Assembly (NCBI GenBank): GCA_043822925.1
Contig: JBDRBF010000008.1
Span: forward strand, 1 to 64,000
DNA length: 64,000 bases
Source of the DNA: a bacterium
GTDB lineage: Bacteria; Babelota; Babeliae; Babelales; RVW-14
Direction of reading: 5' to 3'
Part shown: piece by piece, positions 29,312 through 39,682 of the stretch
How positions within the stretch are numbered: position 1 is the first letter of the stretch
Layout: each line of letters begins with the position of its first letter
Program-made: the position numbers and the translations under genes
The notes under the pieces: model-generated
Seen by the model: only the letters and a program-made list of their open reading frames with translations
Databases searched by the model: none
What the model was told of the DNA's origin: nothing

Positions 29312-29935
29312 TTACTTAGAATACAATTCAACAATTAAGTGTTCTTCTATCGGAGCTGTAATATCTGAACGAATAGGCAATCTAAGAACAGTCCCTGTTC
29401 TATCTTTTTTATTAAGCTCAAGCCATTCAGGAACACGAAGACCCATATTCATTTTCTTGTCAACAACATTCGCCAAGAAAACTTTTTTGTTAAGAGAACT
29501 ATCTGAAAGAGTAACAACATCGCCTTCATTTACTAAAAATGATGGTGATTTTACCCGTTCCCCATTAACATAAATATGACCATGAACAACCATCTGACGA
29601 GCCTGAACTCTTGAAGTTGCTAATTTTAATCGCGCAATAACGTTATCTAATCGACGTTCCAATAAGCTCAAAAGTGTTTCTCCAGTAACTCCCTTTTGAC
29701 GGGAAGCAAGTTCAAAAAAACGTTGAAATTGCTTTTCGAGAACTCCGTACATAAACTTTACTTTTTGCTTTTCTTGAAGCTGTCTTCCATATTCAGATGA
29801 CTTTTTCACTGAAGATTTTTTACCATGTTGTCCTGGGGTCAGTGGCCTTTTTTCAAGAACACACTTAGGACCTTTAGAACAAAGCTTAACTCCAGTTTGC
29901 CGACATCTTTTACATCCGGATAATTTTTTTCCCAT
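29312..29935 (-). CDS. rpsD: 30S ribosomal protein S4 (Zn-ribbon type)
   Basis: CKRC..C..C, SEYGRQLQEKQK, LERRLDNV, LIVELYSK. Confidence 0.98.
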   Translation of the reverse strand: MGKKLSGCKRCRQTGVKLCSKGPKCVLEKRPLTPGQHGKKSSVKKSSEYGRQLQEKQKVKFMYGVLEKQFQRFFELASRQKGVTGETLLSLLERRLDNVIARLKLATSRVQARQMVVHGHIYVNGERVKSPSFLVNEGDVVTLSDSSLNKKVFLANVVDKKMNMGLRVPEWLELNKKDRTGTVLRLPIRSDITAPIEEHLIVELYSK

Positions 29936-30003
29936 AATCCTACCAACAATTTACTACTAAGTAACTACCAAAATTATTATACAAAAACCTACGCTCTTAT
30001 GCG

Positions 30004-30387
30004 TTACATTCTTCTTTTCTTAGCAGGCCTACATCCATTATGAGGAAGCGGCGTCACATCTCGCAATACCGTTACCATCAATCCAGTTGCCTGCAAACCT
30101 CTAATCACAGAATCCCGTGAAGACCCCGGACCTTGCATATTGACTTCAACTACTTTTACGCCAAGAACTTGTAATTCTTTGCCTAATTTTGTAGCTATTT
30201 GTGTTGCCGCGAAAGGAGTCCCTTTACGAGCTCCTTTAAAACCCAATTGTCCTGAACTTCCACGCATTACAACGTCACCGTCCATCGTAGTAATAGTTAC
30301 AAGCGTATTATTAAAAGAAGATTTAACATGCGCTAAAACAGAATCTACGTTTTTATATTGCTTTTTCTTACTCTTTTTATATGCCAT
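30004..30387 (-). CDS. rpsK: 30S ribosomal protein S11
   Basis: SSFNNT, GTPFAA, DVTPLPHNGCRP. Confidence 0.98.
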   Translation of the reverse strand: MAYKKSKKKQYKNVDSVLAHVKSSFNNTLVTITTMDGDVVMRGSSGQLGFKGARKGTPFAATQIATKLGKELQVLGVKVVEVNMQGPGSSRDSVIRGLQATGLMVTVLRDVTPLPHNGCRPAKKRRM

Positions 30388-30419
30388 TATGTACCCTGGT
30401 TACTGGTTAGTTGATAAAT

Positions 30420-30809
30420 CTATTTCTTAGTAACAACCTTTTTAAGAGCAACTGCCCCACCAGCTTTTCTGGGACCTTTTCTCGTTCTTGCATTAGTCTT
30501 AGTACGTTGCCCCCGAACTGGCAAAGATCTCTTATGCCGAGTTCCTCGATAAGAACCAATCTCTTGAAGTCGTTTAATATTCAACGTAACTTCTTTTCGC
30601 AAACCACCTTCTATAACAAAAAACTTTGTTATAAATTTTTGAATTGCAGCAACCTGTTCATGAGTTAAATCTTTTATACGTACATCTGGACTAATGCCAG
30701 TTTCTTTTAAAATATCGTGAGATCTTGCAAGGCCAATGCCATACAAATACGTCAATCCGATTTCTACACGCTTTTCATTTGGAAGAAGTACACCCTCAAT
30801 ACGAGCCAT
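30420..30809 (-). CDS. rpsM: 30S ribosomal protein S13
   Basis: [24 protein letters not shown]. Confidence 0.98.
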   Translation of the reverse strand: MARIEGVLLPNEKRVEIGLTYLYGIGLARSHDILKETGISPDVRIKDLTHEQVAAIQKFITKFFVIEGGLRKEVTLNIKRLQEIGSYRGTRHKRSLPVRGQRTKTNARTRKGPRKAGGAVALKKVVTKK

Positions 30810-30866
30810 TAAAAAACCTCTCTGCTCAAATAAAAACTTACAACAATTTTCATCATAAACAAGTCA

Positions 30867-30983
30867 TTAACCTTGACGCTGTTTGTGGCGTGGTTGTTTT
30901 TCACATAACACACGAACAACTTTACCACGTTTAACTATTTTGCAATGTCCACATATTTTTTTTACGGAAGTTCTTACCTTCAT
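30867..30983 (-). CDS. rpmJ: 50S ribosomal protein L36
   Basis: Hand translation [38 protein letters not shown]; below ORF-track cutoff. Confidence 0.97.
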   Translation of the reverse strand: MKVRTSVKKICGHCKIVKRGKVVRVLCEKQPRHKQRQG

Positions 30984-31012
30984 GGTTCAATTCTCTTTTC
31001 TATCTAAATGTT

Positions 31013-31234
31013 TTATTTATAACGAGAAATAATTCGTCCCTTTGTTAAATCATAAGGGGAAAGCTCAACAGCAACCTTGTCCCCTGGTAAAAGACGAATA
31101 TAATGCATACGCATTTTACCTGAAACATGCGCCAAAATTACGTGCCCGCCATCTATCAATTTCACTTGAAATACAGCATTCGGCAAAGCTTTTTCTACAA
31201 TCCCATCCATCAATATTATATCAGCTTTTTTCAT
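31013..31234 (-). CDS. infA: Translation initiation factor IF-1
   Basis: [21 protein letters not shown]...[10 protein letters not shown]. Confidence 0.98.
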   Translation of the reverse strand: MKKADIILMDGIVEKALPNAVFQVKLIDGGHVILAHVSGKMRMHYIRLLPGDKVAVELSPYDLTKGRIISRYK

Positions 31235-31258
31235 AACACCTTCTTTTGGCTATCTCCC

Positions 31259-32017
31259 TTAAATTCTAGTAAAAATCTCTGCACCATCTTTAGTTACAAG
31301 CACAGTATCTTCAACATGTGCCGCGAACCCACCATCAACCGTCTTTGCAGTCCACCCATCAGCCATAACTTGTACGTCATAGCTTCCTTGCGCGATCATG
31401 GGTTCTATTGCAAGAGTCATACCTTCTTGCAATATCACGTCAATCTTACTCTGCGTCCTAAAGTTCGGAATTTCAGGTTCTTCATGCATATTTCTGCCAA
31501 TACCGTGACCGGCAAAACTTCTTACTACACTAAAACCTTCGTTTTCAACCGTTTGCTGTATTGCTACTGAAATGTCAAATAACCGACACCCTGGCTTAAT
31601 TCTATCGATAGCCACATCTAACGCTTGCTGTGCGACTGCAGCCATTTTTTTTGCCACAGGATCTACTTTCCCAACAAAAAAACACCGAGCCATGTCCACA
31701 CAATATTTTTTATATGATCCCACAACATCTATAGTAACAAAATCACCAGATTTTAAAATAACTTCTTTCGATGGAATACCATGTACTACTACATCATTCA
31801 AAGATATACACGTTGCATATTTATACCCTGCATAACCCTTACATTCCGGTTTTAAGCCTCTTTCCAGCATTTTTTGTTCAAAAAGCCTATCAATTTCATA
31901 CGTACTGCAACCAATAACTACATGTTCTGCAATTTCTTCCATTACTCGAGCAAGTAATTCGCCCGCGATACGCATTCGCTCAATAGCCATCTTATTTTTT
32001 ACTATTATCTTCGACAT
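31259..32017 (-). CDS. map: Methionine aminopeptidase type I
   Basis: CISLNDVVVHGIP, GHGIG..MHEEP, AIEPM, AHVEDT. Confidence 0.97.
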   Translation of the reverse strand: MSKIIVKNKMAIERMRIAGELLARVMEEIAEHVVIGCSTYEIDRLFEQKMLERGLKPECKGYAGYKYATCISLNDVVVHGIPSKEVILKSGDFVTIDVVGSYKKYCVDMARCFFVGKVDPVAKKMAAVAQQALDVAIDRIKPGCRLFDISVAIQQTVENEGFSVVRSFAGHGIGRNMHEEPEIPNFRTQSKIDVILQEGMTLAIEPMIAQGSYDVQVMADGWTAKTVDGGFAAHVEDTVLVTKDGAEIFTRI

Positions 32018-32051
32018 AATTTTCAGCTAGAAAACCTTAAATAAACGATTC

Positions 32052-33368
32052 TTATCGCCCCCAGCGCGTTTTTAAACGACCAGTTGCAAGAAAACCCTCA
32101 TACTTTCTCTCAATTAAATGTGATTCAATTTGAGCAGAAGTATCAAGAGCTACACCAATTACAATCAATAATCCAACACCACTAAATATTACCGGAAAAC
32201 CAATAAACGTTTTAAGTGCGTTAGGGACTATTGCTAGTAACGCCAAGTACACAGCACCCGGAAAACCTACTCGAGTAAGAAGATAATCAAAGAATTCTGC
32301 AGTCTTTTTACCTGGTCTAATACCAGGAATAAAACCACCCGATTTTCTTATATTATCCGCAAGCTCAACCGGATTAAATATAATCGCAGTATAAAAAAAT
32401 GCGAAAAATATTATTAATCCAACATTAAAGATACTATATAAAAGCCCATTATAACTAAACCAGTTGGTCATAAATACATTAACACCAGGCCATCGAGCAG
32501 CCAATACCCCCGCAAGCATTAAGGGCAACCCCAAAACAGCTTGAGAAAATATAACTGGTATAACACCTGACGGATTAAGTTTCAATGGAATATAAGAACT
32601 CTGTCCGCCATACATTCTATTACCAATAACTCTCTTTGCATACTGTATTGGAATTTTTCGTTCGCCTCTTTCTAAAAAAACAACGCAAGCAATAATCGCT
32701 ATCGTTACAATTAGCAACAAAATAATAATCAAAAGATTCGTTTGTCCCATGCTAAAATTTTTAAAAATTTTAACAAGAGATTCTGGAAGCCTCGTTACTA
32801 TTCCAGCAAATATAATCATCGAACTACCATTCCCCAGTCCATGAGCATTTATTTGTTCACCAATCCACATTACAAATAAAGACCCAACAGTCAAAAACAA
32901 AATAGCCGACAATCTAAATCCCAATCCAGGAGAAACTACAAGTCCTGGATTTCTCTCAATATACACAGCTAAACCAATACTCTGAACAACACCTATTACC
33001 AAGGTTAAATATCGTGTATATTGTCCAATTATCCGACGACCATACTCCCCCTCTTTTGATAATTGCTCAAAAGTAGGAACCATGACAGTCAAAAGCTGCA
33101 TCATAATAGAAGCACTGATATATGGAGACATGCCCAATGAAAAAATTGAAAAATGCTGCAACGCTCCACCAGAAAACAAATCTAAATAAGAAAGTAGTCC
33201 CGTTCCCGCATTAGCAAAGAAATTTTTCAGAGCTATAACATCTACCCCCGGTATCGGCACATGAGCGCCGAACCGATACACCGCAAAAATTCCTAATGTA
33301 AACAACAGTTTTTTTCTTAAATCTTCAACTAAAAAAATGTTTTTAAAGTTACGAAGCAACACTACCAC
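32052..33368 (-). CDS. secY: Preprotein translocase SecY
   Basis: SIFSLGMSPYISASI, GVIPVIF, IPGIRPGKKT; GTG start 33368 after AGGAG. Confidence 0.98.
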   Translation of the reverse strand: MVVLLRNFKNIFLVEDLRKKLLFTLGIFAVYRFGAHVPIPGVDVIALKNFFANAGTGLLSYLDLFSGGALQHFSIFSLGMSPYISASIMMQLLTVMVPTFEQLSKEGEYGRRIIGQYTRYLTLVIGVVQSIGLAVYIERNPGLVVSPGLGFRLSAILFLTVGSLFVMWIGEQINAHGLGNGSSMIIFAGIVTRLPESLVKIFKNFSMGQTNLLIIILLLIVTIAIIACVVFLERGERKIPIQYAKRVIGNRMYGGQSSYIPLKLNPSGVIPVIFSQAVLGLPLMLAGVLAARWPGVNVFMTNWFSYNGLLYSIFNVGLIIFFAFFYTAIIFNPVELADNIRKSGGFIPGIRPGKKTAEFFDYLLTRVGFPGAVYLALLAIVPNALKTFIGFPVIFSGVGLLIVIGVALDTSAQIESHLIERKYEGFLATGRLKTRWGR

Positions 33369-33828
33369 TAGTCTTCTCCTCACTTACCTCAATTAAGAGG
33401 ACCTTACCCTTTGCCTTTTCTATTGCTTGAATTGCTGATTTACTGTAGGCGTCGACCATTACTGTTAATTTTTTTGTTAAAGTCCCTTTGCCTAATATTT
33501 TAATTGGAGAAATTTTCTTGCCCCGTATAAGAGCTTTTTCCATTAAACTATTTCTATCAACAGTATCCCCATCTGAAAACCTTAATTCCAAATCTTGTAG
33601 ATTTACAATTTGATAAGTTTCTCTAGAAAAATTAGTAAATCCTCGTTTTGGAATACGTCGAGCCAAAGGCATCTGTCCACCCTCGAAGAAAGATCTGAAT
33701 TGAGTCGTTCCTCCAGAGCGAGCCCGCTGTCCCTTATGCCCACGACCTGACTGACCACCCCGTTCACCACCTCTTCCAATACGTTTTCTTTTTTGCGATA
33801 TGGATTCTAATTTATCAAGCTTTAACAT
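33349..33828 (-). CDS. rplO: 50S ribosomal protein L15
   Basis: GRGHKGQRARSG, FEGGQMPLARRIPKRGF. Confidence 0.97.
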   Translation of the reverse strand: MLKLDKLESISQKRKRIGRGGERGGQSGRGHKGQRARSGGTTQFRSFFEGGQMPLARRIPKRGFTNFSRETYQIVNLQDLELRFSDGDTVDRNSLMEKALIRGKKISPIKILGKGTLTKKLTVMVDAYSKSAIQAIEKAKGKVLLIEVSEEKTSGSVAS

Positions 33829-34366
33829 TATTGTTTTCTCCAAATAAGTCTTTCAGAGTTTTGCCTCTCAGACCCGCAATGTGCTGTGCTGATTTTAATT
33901 TTTTCAACGCATGAATTGTTGCTTTTACAACGTTCTGTGGATTAGAAGATCCAATTGCTTTCGCAAGGACATCCTTTACCCCAATAGCTTCCATAACTGC
34001 TCGTACAGCCCCTCCAGCAATTATACCAGTACCTTTAGAGGCTGAGCGTATAAGCACTATACTCGAACCATGCTTACCCTGAACAGTGTATGGAACCGTT
34101 GTTTTATATAAAGGAACCGTAAACATGTTCTTTCGAGCACGTCTTAATCCTTTAGAAATAGAAGAAGCAACCTCTCGACTTTTACCTAAGGCAACGCCAA
34201 GTTTACCGTTTTTATCCCCAACAACTACCAATGCCGAAAATGCAAATCTTCTTCCGCCTTTTATAACCTTGGCTACACGACGAACATTCAAAACAGATTC
34301 AACATACTCATCGTTCTGTTGATTACTTTTTGTCGACGTGTTTTTTTTCTTTTTTTCCTCAACCAT
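33815..34366 (-). CDS. rpsE: 30S ribosomal protein S5
   Basis: RVAKVIKGGRRFAFSALVVVGD, GTGIIAGG. Confidence 0.98.
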   Translation of the reverse strand: MVEEKKKKNTSTKSNQQNDEYVESVLNVRRVAKVIKGGRRFAFSALVVVGDKNGKLGVALGKSREVASSISKGLRRARKNMFTVPLYKTTVPYTVQGKHGSSIVLIRSASKGTGIIAGGAVRAVMEAIGVKDVLAKAIGSSNPQNVVKATIHALKKLKSAQHIAGLRGKTLKDLFGENNNVKA

Positions 34367-34413
34367 CGTACTCTTTCCCGCTATCTAAAAATTATTTAGC
34401 TTAAAGTCAATTT

Positions 34414-34770
34414 TTAAAAAACCAAACCACTCTCACGTAATCCTTCAGCCAGCGCCTGAACGCGCCCATGATACAAAAATCGTCCACGATCAAAAAAGAT
34501 TTTCGTAATACCAGCAGCTACAGCTTTTTTTCCTAAATCTATACCTACTTGCTTTGCAGCTTCCTTTTTGTCCCCAGAAATTTCCGCCAAAGTCAACGTG
34601 GAAGAACTCAGTAATGTTTTGCCCTGACTATCATCAACTATCTGTACATACATATTTTTCAAACTTCGAAAAACTGTAACACGTGGCATCAACCCACGAC
34701 TCACAAATTTTTTTCTTGTTCTAAATGCACGTTTTTCAGCTCTAAAAACTTCTCTTTTTTGCAAATTCAT
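34414..34770 (-). CDS. rplR: 50S ribosomal protein L18
   Basis: PRVTVFRS, FDRGRFLYHGRV. Confidence 0.97.
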   Translation of the reverse strand: MNLQKREVFRAEKRAFRTRKKFVSRGLMPRVTVFRSLKNMYVQIVDDSQGKTLLSSSTLTLAEISGDKKEAAKQVGIDLGKKAVAAGITKIFFDRGRFLYHGRVQALAEGLRESGLVF

Positions 34771-34800
34771 AAAACCCGTCCTATAGTCCTATATATATAA

Positions 34801-35340
34801 TTAGGCAGCTTTTGTTTTACCAGATTTACGAATAATAATATCACCATCTCTGATAATACCAGTTCCTTTGTATGGTTCTGGTGGTCTAAAAGACCTTACA
34901 GCATCACACACATTACCGACAACAAGCTTATCTGCGCCTTTTACCGTCAGTTTTTGACCGGTCTTATCAATTTCAACAGATATTCCAACAGGGAGATCAA
35001 GTTCTCTTTTATTTGTATACCCTAATGAAAAAACCATTTTATTGCCAACGAGAACAACTTTATATCCCAATCCAACAATATTTATATTCGTAGCAAATCC
35101 CGTTTCAACACCTTTTATTTTATTGGCCAACAAAGCTCTGTGAAGTCCCCACAAAACACGATTTTCTCTCGTATTTTCTTGTATAAGAACCTTCAAAACC
35201 TTATCATCCAAAGAAACAGTAACTCCGTTAGGCAACTCATGTTCAAATTTGCCGTTTTTGCCTTCGATAGTTATTTTATTTTTTTTAACTTCGACCTTAG
35301 CGGATGACAATAGAATCGGCATTCTTCCTATTTTTGACAT
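34801..35340 (-). CDS. rplF: 50S ribosomal protein L6
   Basis: MSKIGRMPI, RPPEPYKGTGI. Confidence 0.97.
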   Translation of the reverse strand: MSKIGRMPILLSSAKVEVKKNKITIEGKNGKFEHELPNGVTVSLDDKVLKVLIQENTRENRVLWGLHRALLANKIKGVETGFATNINIVGLGYKVVLVGNKMVFSLGYTNKRELDLPVGISVEIDKTGQKLTVKGADKLVVGNVCDAVRSFRPPEPYKGTGIIRDGDIIIRKSGKTKAA

Positions 35341-35351
35341 ATAATCAATTC

Positions 35352-35744
35352 CTACCAAATATGACAAATCACTTCGCCGCCAACGCCTGATTTCTTCGCT
35401 TGACGATCAGTCATCAAACCCAAACTCGTCGATAATATTGAAATACCTAATCCCCCAATAACAGGAGTGAGGTTATTAAGTCTTTCATAATAACGACAGC
35501 TTGGTTTACTTACACGTTTAATTTCATGAATAGGAGACTCGCCCTGAACATATTTAAAAAATATTGTCAGTTCGCTTTTTGGCCCGGTTGTTTCTATTTT
35601 AAAGTCTCGAATATAACCCTCTTCTTTTAAAAGAGTTGCTATATTAACTTTTATATTTGAAGAAGGAACAGTCACTGACCGTTTACCAACCATCAACCCA
35701 TTACGCATACTTGTTAAAAAATTACCAATTGAATCAATAGACAT
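35352..35744 (-). CDS. rpsH: 30S ribosomal protein S8
   Basis: LKEEGYI, RVSKPS, GVGGEVIC. Confidence 0.97.
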   Translation of the reverse strand: MSIDSIGNFLTSMRNGLMVGKRSVTVPSSNIKVNIATLLKEEGYIRDFKIETTGPKSELTIFFKYVQGESPIHEIKRVSKPSCRYYERLNNLTPVIGGLGISILSTSLGLMTDRQAKKSGVGGEVICHIW

Positions 35745-35760
35745 CTCTATTTCCCTACCT

Positions 35761-35946
35761 TTACCAACTTGCCTTTTTTACCCCAGGAAGAAGTCCTTCC
35801 AAGGCATTCTTTCTAAAACAAAGCCTACACATCATAAACAGCCGGATGTAACCACGTGGTCGTCCGCATAATTGACATCGATTTCTTATGCGCGTAGAAA
35901 ACTTAGGAGTTTTGTTTGCTTTTACAATCAATGCTTTTCTTGCCAT
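35761..35946 (-). CDS. rpsN: 30S ribosomal protein S14 (type Z, Zn-binding)
   Basis: 61 aa; RCQLCGRPR...CRLCFR. Confidence 0.97.
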   Translation of the reverse strand: MARKALIVKANKTPKFSTRIRNRCQLCGRPRGYIRLFMMCRLCFRKNALEGLLPGVKKASW

Positions 35947-35967
35947 AACTAAAATCCTTTAAAACCT

Positions 35968-36513
35968 TCAACTTTTGCTTCGAAAAGGCATATTAAATTT
36001 TTTTAAGAGCGCCAACGCTTCTTCATCTGTTCTTGCTGTTGTTTGAACACTAATATTCAAACCCCTACTTCTATCAACTTTATCATAATCAACTTCTGGA
36101 AAAATCATCCAGTCTTTGATACCCAAGTTATAATTACCATGGCCATCAAATTTTAATGAAACACCTTGAAAATCCCGCACTGATGGCAATGCAATATTAA
36201 CAAGCTTATCGAGGAAGTGATACATTTTTGTTTTTCTTAGAGTCACCATTACTCCGATTGGCATACCCTCTCGAAGTTTAAATCCTGCGATAGATTTTTT
36301 TGATAACGTCGATACAGCATGCTGACCTGAAATTTTTGTAATCATTTCCTGTATTTCTGCTATCACCTTGCTATCCGCAACAGCATCTTTTGCTCCAACA
36401 TTCAAAACTATTTTTGAAATACCTGGAACACGCATAATATTTTTCAAATCAAGCTCTTTACGGAGCTCTTCCCGAAGCCGTGTTTTATAGAGTACTTCCA
36501 ATCGTGACTTCAT
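35968..36513 (-). CDS. rplE: 50S ribosomal protein L5
   Basis: KSIAGFKLREG, FDGHGNYNLG. Confidence 0.98.
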   Translation of the reverse strand: MKSRLEVLYKTRLREELRKELDLKNIMRVPGISKIVLNVGAKDAVADSKVIAEIQEMITKISGQHAVSTLSKKSIAGFKLREGMPIGVMVTLRKTKMYHFLDKLVNIALPSVRDFQGVSLKFDGHGNYNLGIKDWMIFPEVDYDKVDRSRGLNISVQTTARTDEEALALLKKFNMPFRSKS

Positions 36514-36540
36514 ATAAACCTTTACCTATTCCAACTTTGG

Positions 36541-36855
36541 TTAAAATGTTTCTTTGCAACGGCTACAACTTCTACTCTTTGTACTATCATCTAAAAAGCG
36601 AACTTGAATACGACAAGGCATCGAGCACGATGGACAAATTGGCATCACTTTGCAAAGAGGAATATGATTTTCTTCTTTTACTATTTGACTCTTGTCCCCT
36701 GATTTTTTTGCCTTTACATGCCGCGTTACTATACACGCGTCTTTCACAAGTACTGTTTCGTTTTTATGATCCACGGAGAGGACTTGCCCTCTTTTGCCTT
36801 TATCTTTTCCAGATAAAACAACAACCGTATCATTTTTCTTTACTCGACTTAACAT
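36541..36855 (-). CDS. rplX: 50S ribosomal protein L24
   Basis: KKNDTVVVLSGKDKGKRG; C-terminal CPSC...CSRC. Confidence 0.97.
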   Translation of the reverse strand: MLSRVKKNDTVVVLSGKDKGKRGQVLSVDHKNETVLVKDACIVTRHVKAKKSGDKSQIVKEENHIPLCKVMPICPSCSMPCRIQVRFLDDSTKSRSCSRCKETF

Positions 36856-36876
36856 ATCAAAAAGCCTCTTTAATAC

Positions 36877-37245
36877 TTACAAAACTTCAGGAGCCAAAGA
36901 AATAATTTTATGATATCCAGCGGCCCTTAATTCACGAGCAACGGGACCAAATATACGAGATCCAACGGGTTGCTTCTCTTTATCTATAATTACAGCCGCA
37001 TTATCATCAAAACGAATATAGCTTCCATCCGCACGACGAACTTCTTTTCTTGTACGAACAATAACCGCATCAAGAACTTCACTCTTTTTTACCATTCCCC
37101 CAGGAATAGCCTTCTTTACCGTAACTTTTACCACATCCCCTAAATAAGCAGTTTTTTTACCTGTTGATCCAGTAATATGAATCACTTTTAATTTTTTAGC
37201 CCCAGTATTATCAGCAACTTCCAGCATCGTTTCATTTTGAACCAT
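36877..37245 (-). CDS. rplN: 50S ribosomal protein L14
   Basis: [26 protein letters not shown]. Confidence 0.98.
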   Translation of the reverse strand: MVQNETMLEVADNTGAKKLKVIHITGSTGKKTAYLGDVVKVTVKKAIPGGMVKKSEVLDAVIVRTRKEVRRADGSYIRFDDNAAVIIDKEKQPVGSRIFGPVARELRAAGYHKIISLAPEVL

Positions 37246-37260
37246 CGCTTAATTCCTTTA

Positions 37261-37545
37261 TCAAGATCTTTTTGTCAATATTCGATTCAATATCATATGC
37301 TTAGTTTTGGAAAGAGGTCGACATTCAGCAATTTCAACTTCATCACCAATTTTACAAGCATTTTTTTCATCATGCGCTTTATATTTCTTGAACATTCTCA
37401 CTGTTTTTCCATACAACGGATGCTTAAACGTTCTCATCACCTTGACGACAACCGTCTTATCCATTCTGTCAGAAACAACTTCCCCAACAAGTACCTGTTT
37501 AACAGCTACAGACTGCTGCAACAAACCTTCAGTTTTATTCACCAT
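37261..37545 (-). CDS. rpsQ: 30S ribosomal protein S17
   Basis: [29 protein letters not shown]. Confidence 0.97.
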   Translation of the reverse strand: MVNKTEGLLQQSVAVKQVLVGEVVSDRMDKTVVVKVMRTFKHPLYGKTVRMFKKYKAHDEKNACKIGDEVEIAECRPLSKTKHMILNRILTKRS

Positions 37546-37585
37546 TTTATCTTTACCCCTAATCATGCAATAGCACAATCATATC

Positions 37586-37801
37586 TTACTTTTTACTCTC
37601 AGTCTTCTGTTCATTTTGATTTGAAAAAGTCAACGCTTGTGCAATTTTACGACGTATCTTTTTAAACTGAGAAAAATCTTTTATTTGCCCAGATGATACC
37701 CCTAATCTCAAATTAAACAACTCTTTTTTTAAAGAGACTGCTTCTTTAAGTAAGGAGCCACTATCTATTTTTTTCATTTCATTCTTATCCACAACGATCA
37801 T
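37586..37801 (-). CDS. rpmC: 50S ribosomal protein L29
   Basis: LKKELFNLR...IRRKIAQALT; position between rplP and rpsQ; exact start uncertain. Confidence 0.93.
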   Translation of the reverse strand: MIVVDKNEMKKIDSGSLLKEAVSLKKELFNLRLGVSSGQIKDFSQFKKIRRKIAQALTFSNQNEQKTESKK

Positions 37802-37805
37802 CCCA

Positions 37806-38246
37806 CTAAATTAAAACGCCCGAAGCATTAGGCAAATCATTTTTCGTAACAAAACGAGTTTTTATAGGCAATTTATAGGTAGCAGACTTCAAAATCGCTT
37901 TTGCTTCTTCAACAGTCATCGGTCCACCAATTTCAAAAAGAATCCGACCTCTTTTTACAGCATGAACCCAAAACTCTGGATTACCTTTTCCTTTACCCAT
38001 TCGAGTTTCAGCAGGCTTCTTTGTTACTGGTCTATCAGGAAATACTCTCAAAAAAAATTCACCATCTTTTTTAAGTTTTCTGCTTACCGTAACTCGAACA
38101 GCCTCTATTTGACGAGCTGTAATCCATGCCGGCTCAAGCGCTACAAGACCAAATTCACCAAAAAAAAGACTCTTGGCTCCCTTAGTCAAACCTTTTAGGC
38201 GGCCCCTCTGAACTTTTCTATATTTTGTTTTTTTCGGCATCAACAT
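37806..38246 (-). CDS. rplP: 50S ribosomal protein L16
   Basis: [20 protein letters not shown]. Confidence 0.98.
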   Translation of the reverse strand: MLMPKKTKYRKVQRGRLKGLTKGAKSLFFGEFGLVALEPAWITARQIEAVRVTVSRKLKKDGEFFLRVFPDRPVTKKPAETRMGKGKGNPEFWVHAVKRGRILFEIGGPMTVEEAKAILKSATYKLPIKTRFVTKNDLPNASGVLI

Positions 38247-38266
38247 TGTTCTGACCTTCTATGCTG

Positions 38267-38893
38267 TTAGTACTCACCTTTACAAATCCACACTTTAACA
38301 CCAATGGTACCATACGTTGTAACCGCTTCAGCCAAGGCAAAATCAATATGAGCCCTTAAAGTATGCAAAGGTATAGATCCGAGGCGCAACCATTCAGTTC
38401 GTGCTATTTCAGCACCCGCCAATCGACCAGCACAACATATTTTAATTCCCTTAGCGCCACTTTTCATCGTAGAATATCCAGCACGCTTCATAAGCCGCTT
38501 ATAACTGCCTCTGCGTTCTAGTTGTTCTGCTATGCTTTGAGCAACCAATCGAGCACTCAACTCAGGAACGCGTACTTCTTTCACTGAAATATCAACGTTC
38601 TTTTTTATCATTTTGCTGAGTTCAACTTTTACATGCTCAATTCCCTGCCCTTTTTTTCCAATAATCACACCAGGGCGTGATGAAAAAATAGCAATACGAA
38701 CATCATCCACAGCTTTTTCTATTACGATGTCTGCAATATCTATTCGATTCAATCGTTTAAGCAAAAACTGCCTTATTTTGATATCCTCTAATACTCCATG
38801 ACCATAAGCGGAAGCGCCCTTTGCAAACCATCGAGACTTCCAATTCTCATAGACACCTAGTCTAAACCCAAAAGGATGAACTTTCTGTCCCAC
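38267..38893 (-). CDS. rpsC: 30S ribosomal protein S3
   Basis: GQKVHPFGFRLG, GRLAGAEIAR, PLHTLRA. Confidence 0.98.
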   Translation of the reverse strand: MGQKVHPFGFRLGVYENWKSRWFAKGASAYGHGVLEDIKIRQFLLKRLNRIDIADIVIEKAVDDVRIAIFSSRPGVIIGKKGQGIEHVKVELSKMIKKNVDISVKEVRVPELSARLVAQSIAEQLERRGSYKRLMKRAGYSTMKSGAKGIKICCAGRLAGAEIARTEWLRLGSIPLHTLRAHIDFALAEAVTTYGTIGVKVWICKGEY

Positions 38894-38908
38894 AAAACAC
38901 CTCTAAAC

Positions 38909-39250
38909 TTAACTTTTTTTATCTAATATTATTTCCAAGTGACACATTTTCTTACGCTGCGCTGCAGCACGACCCATTGCTGCTGGCTTAAAATATGTTA
39001 CTGTTGGCCCTTGATCTACTCTTATTTCTTTAATCACAAGATCACTCATGGCTGAAATATCAGCATGCTTATTTTTCGCATTCGAATATGCAGAAAAAAG
39101 TGTCTTAATAATAGGTTCCACTCTTTTCACTGAACAAGTTTTCAACCAATTGTATGCCCTATCTACAGAGCTCCCACGTATCACGTCAACTAGAGGACGC
39201 AACTTATATGGCGAAATGCGAATGTACTTGCTTTTCGCTTTCGAAATCAT
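38909..39250 (-). CDS. rplV: 50S ribosomal protein L22
   Basis: IRISPYKLR, VDQGPT, AMGRA. Confidence 0.96.
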   Translation of the reverse strand: MISKAKSKYIRISPYKLRPLVDVIRGSSVDRAYNWLKTCSVKRVEPIIKTLFSAYSNAKNKHADISAMSDLVIKEIRVDQGPTVTYFKPAAMGRAAAQRKKMCHLEIILDKKS

Positions 39251-39322
39251 TTTTTTCCCAACCTTGATATTTTAACAAAAAAACAAAAACTCGTATATAT
39301 CATTTACAACAATAGAACTATT

Positions 39323-39625
39323 TTACTTACTTTTTGGTGCCGATTCGACATCTTTTTGAGCTTTTCTTTGCCCACTATGCGCCCTAAATGTACGAGTAGC
39401 TGCAAATTCTCCAAGAGCGTGCCCAACCATGTTTTCAGTAACAAAAACAGGAATAAACTTTCGCCCATCATGCACAGCAATAGTAAGTCCAACAAATTCA
39501 GGAATAACCACGCTTGCACGCTTCCATGTTTTAATGACTTCTCGTTTTCCTGAAGTTTTTACTCTTTCAACTTTTTCTAATAATGACGGAGCAACAAAAG
39601 GACCTTTTCGTATCGATCGTGACAT
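39323..39625 (-). CDS. rpsS: 30S ribosomal protein S19
   Basis: [24 protein letters not shown]. Confidence 0.98.
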   Translation of the reverse strand: MSRSIRKGPFVAPSLLEKVERVKTSGKREVIKTWKRASVVIPEFVGLTIAVHDGRKFIPVFVTENMVGHALGEFAATRTFRAHSGQRKAQKDVESAPKSK

Positions 39626-39682
39626 TACCGTATTTCCTTTACTTTTGCATCAAACATTTCCATCACGCATTATGTCGACTGC

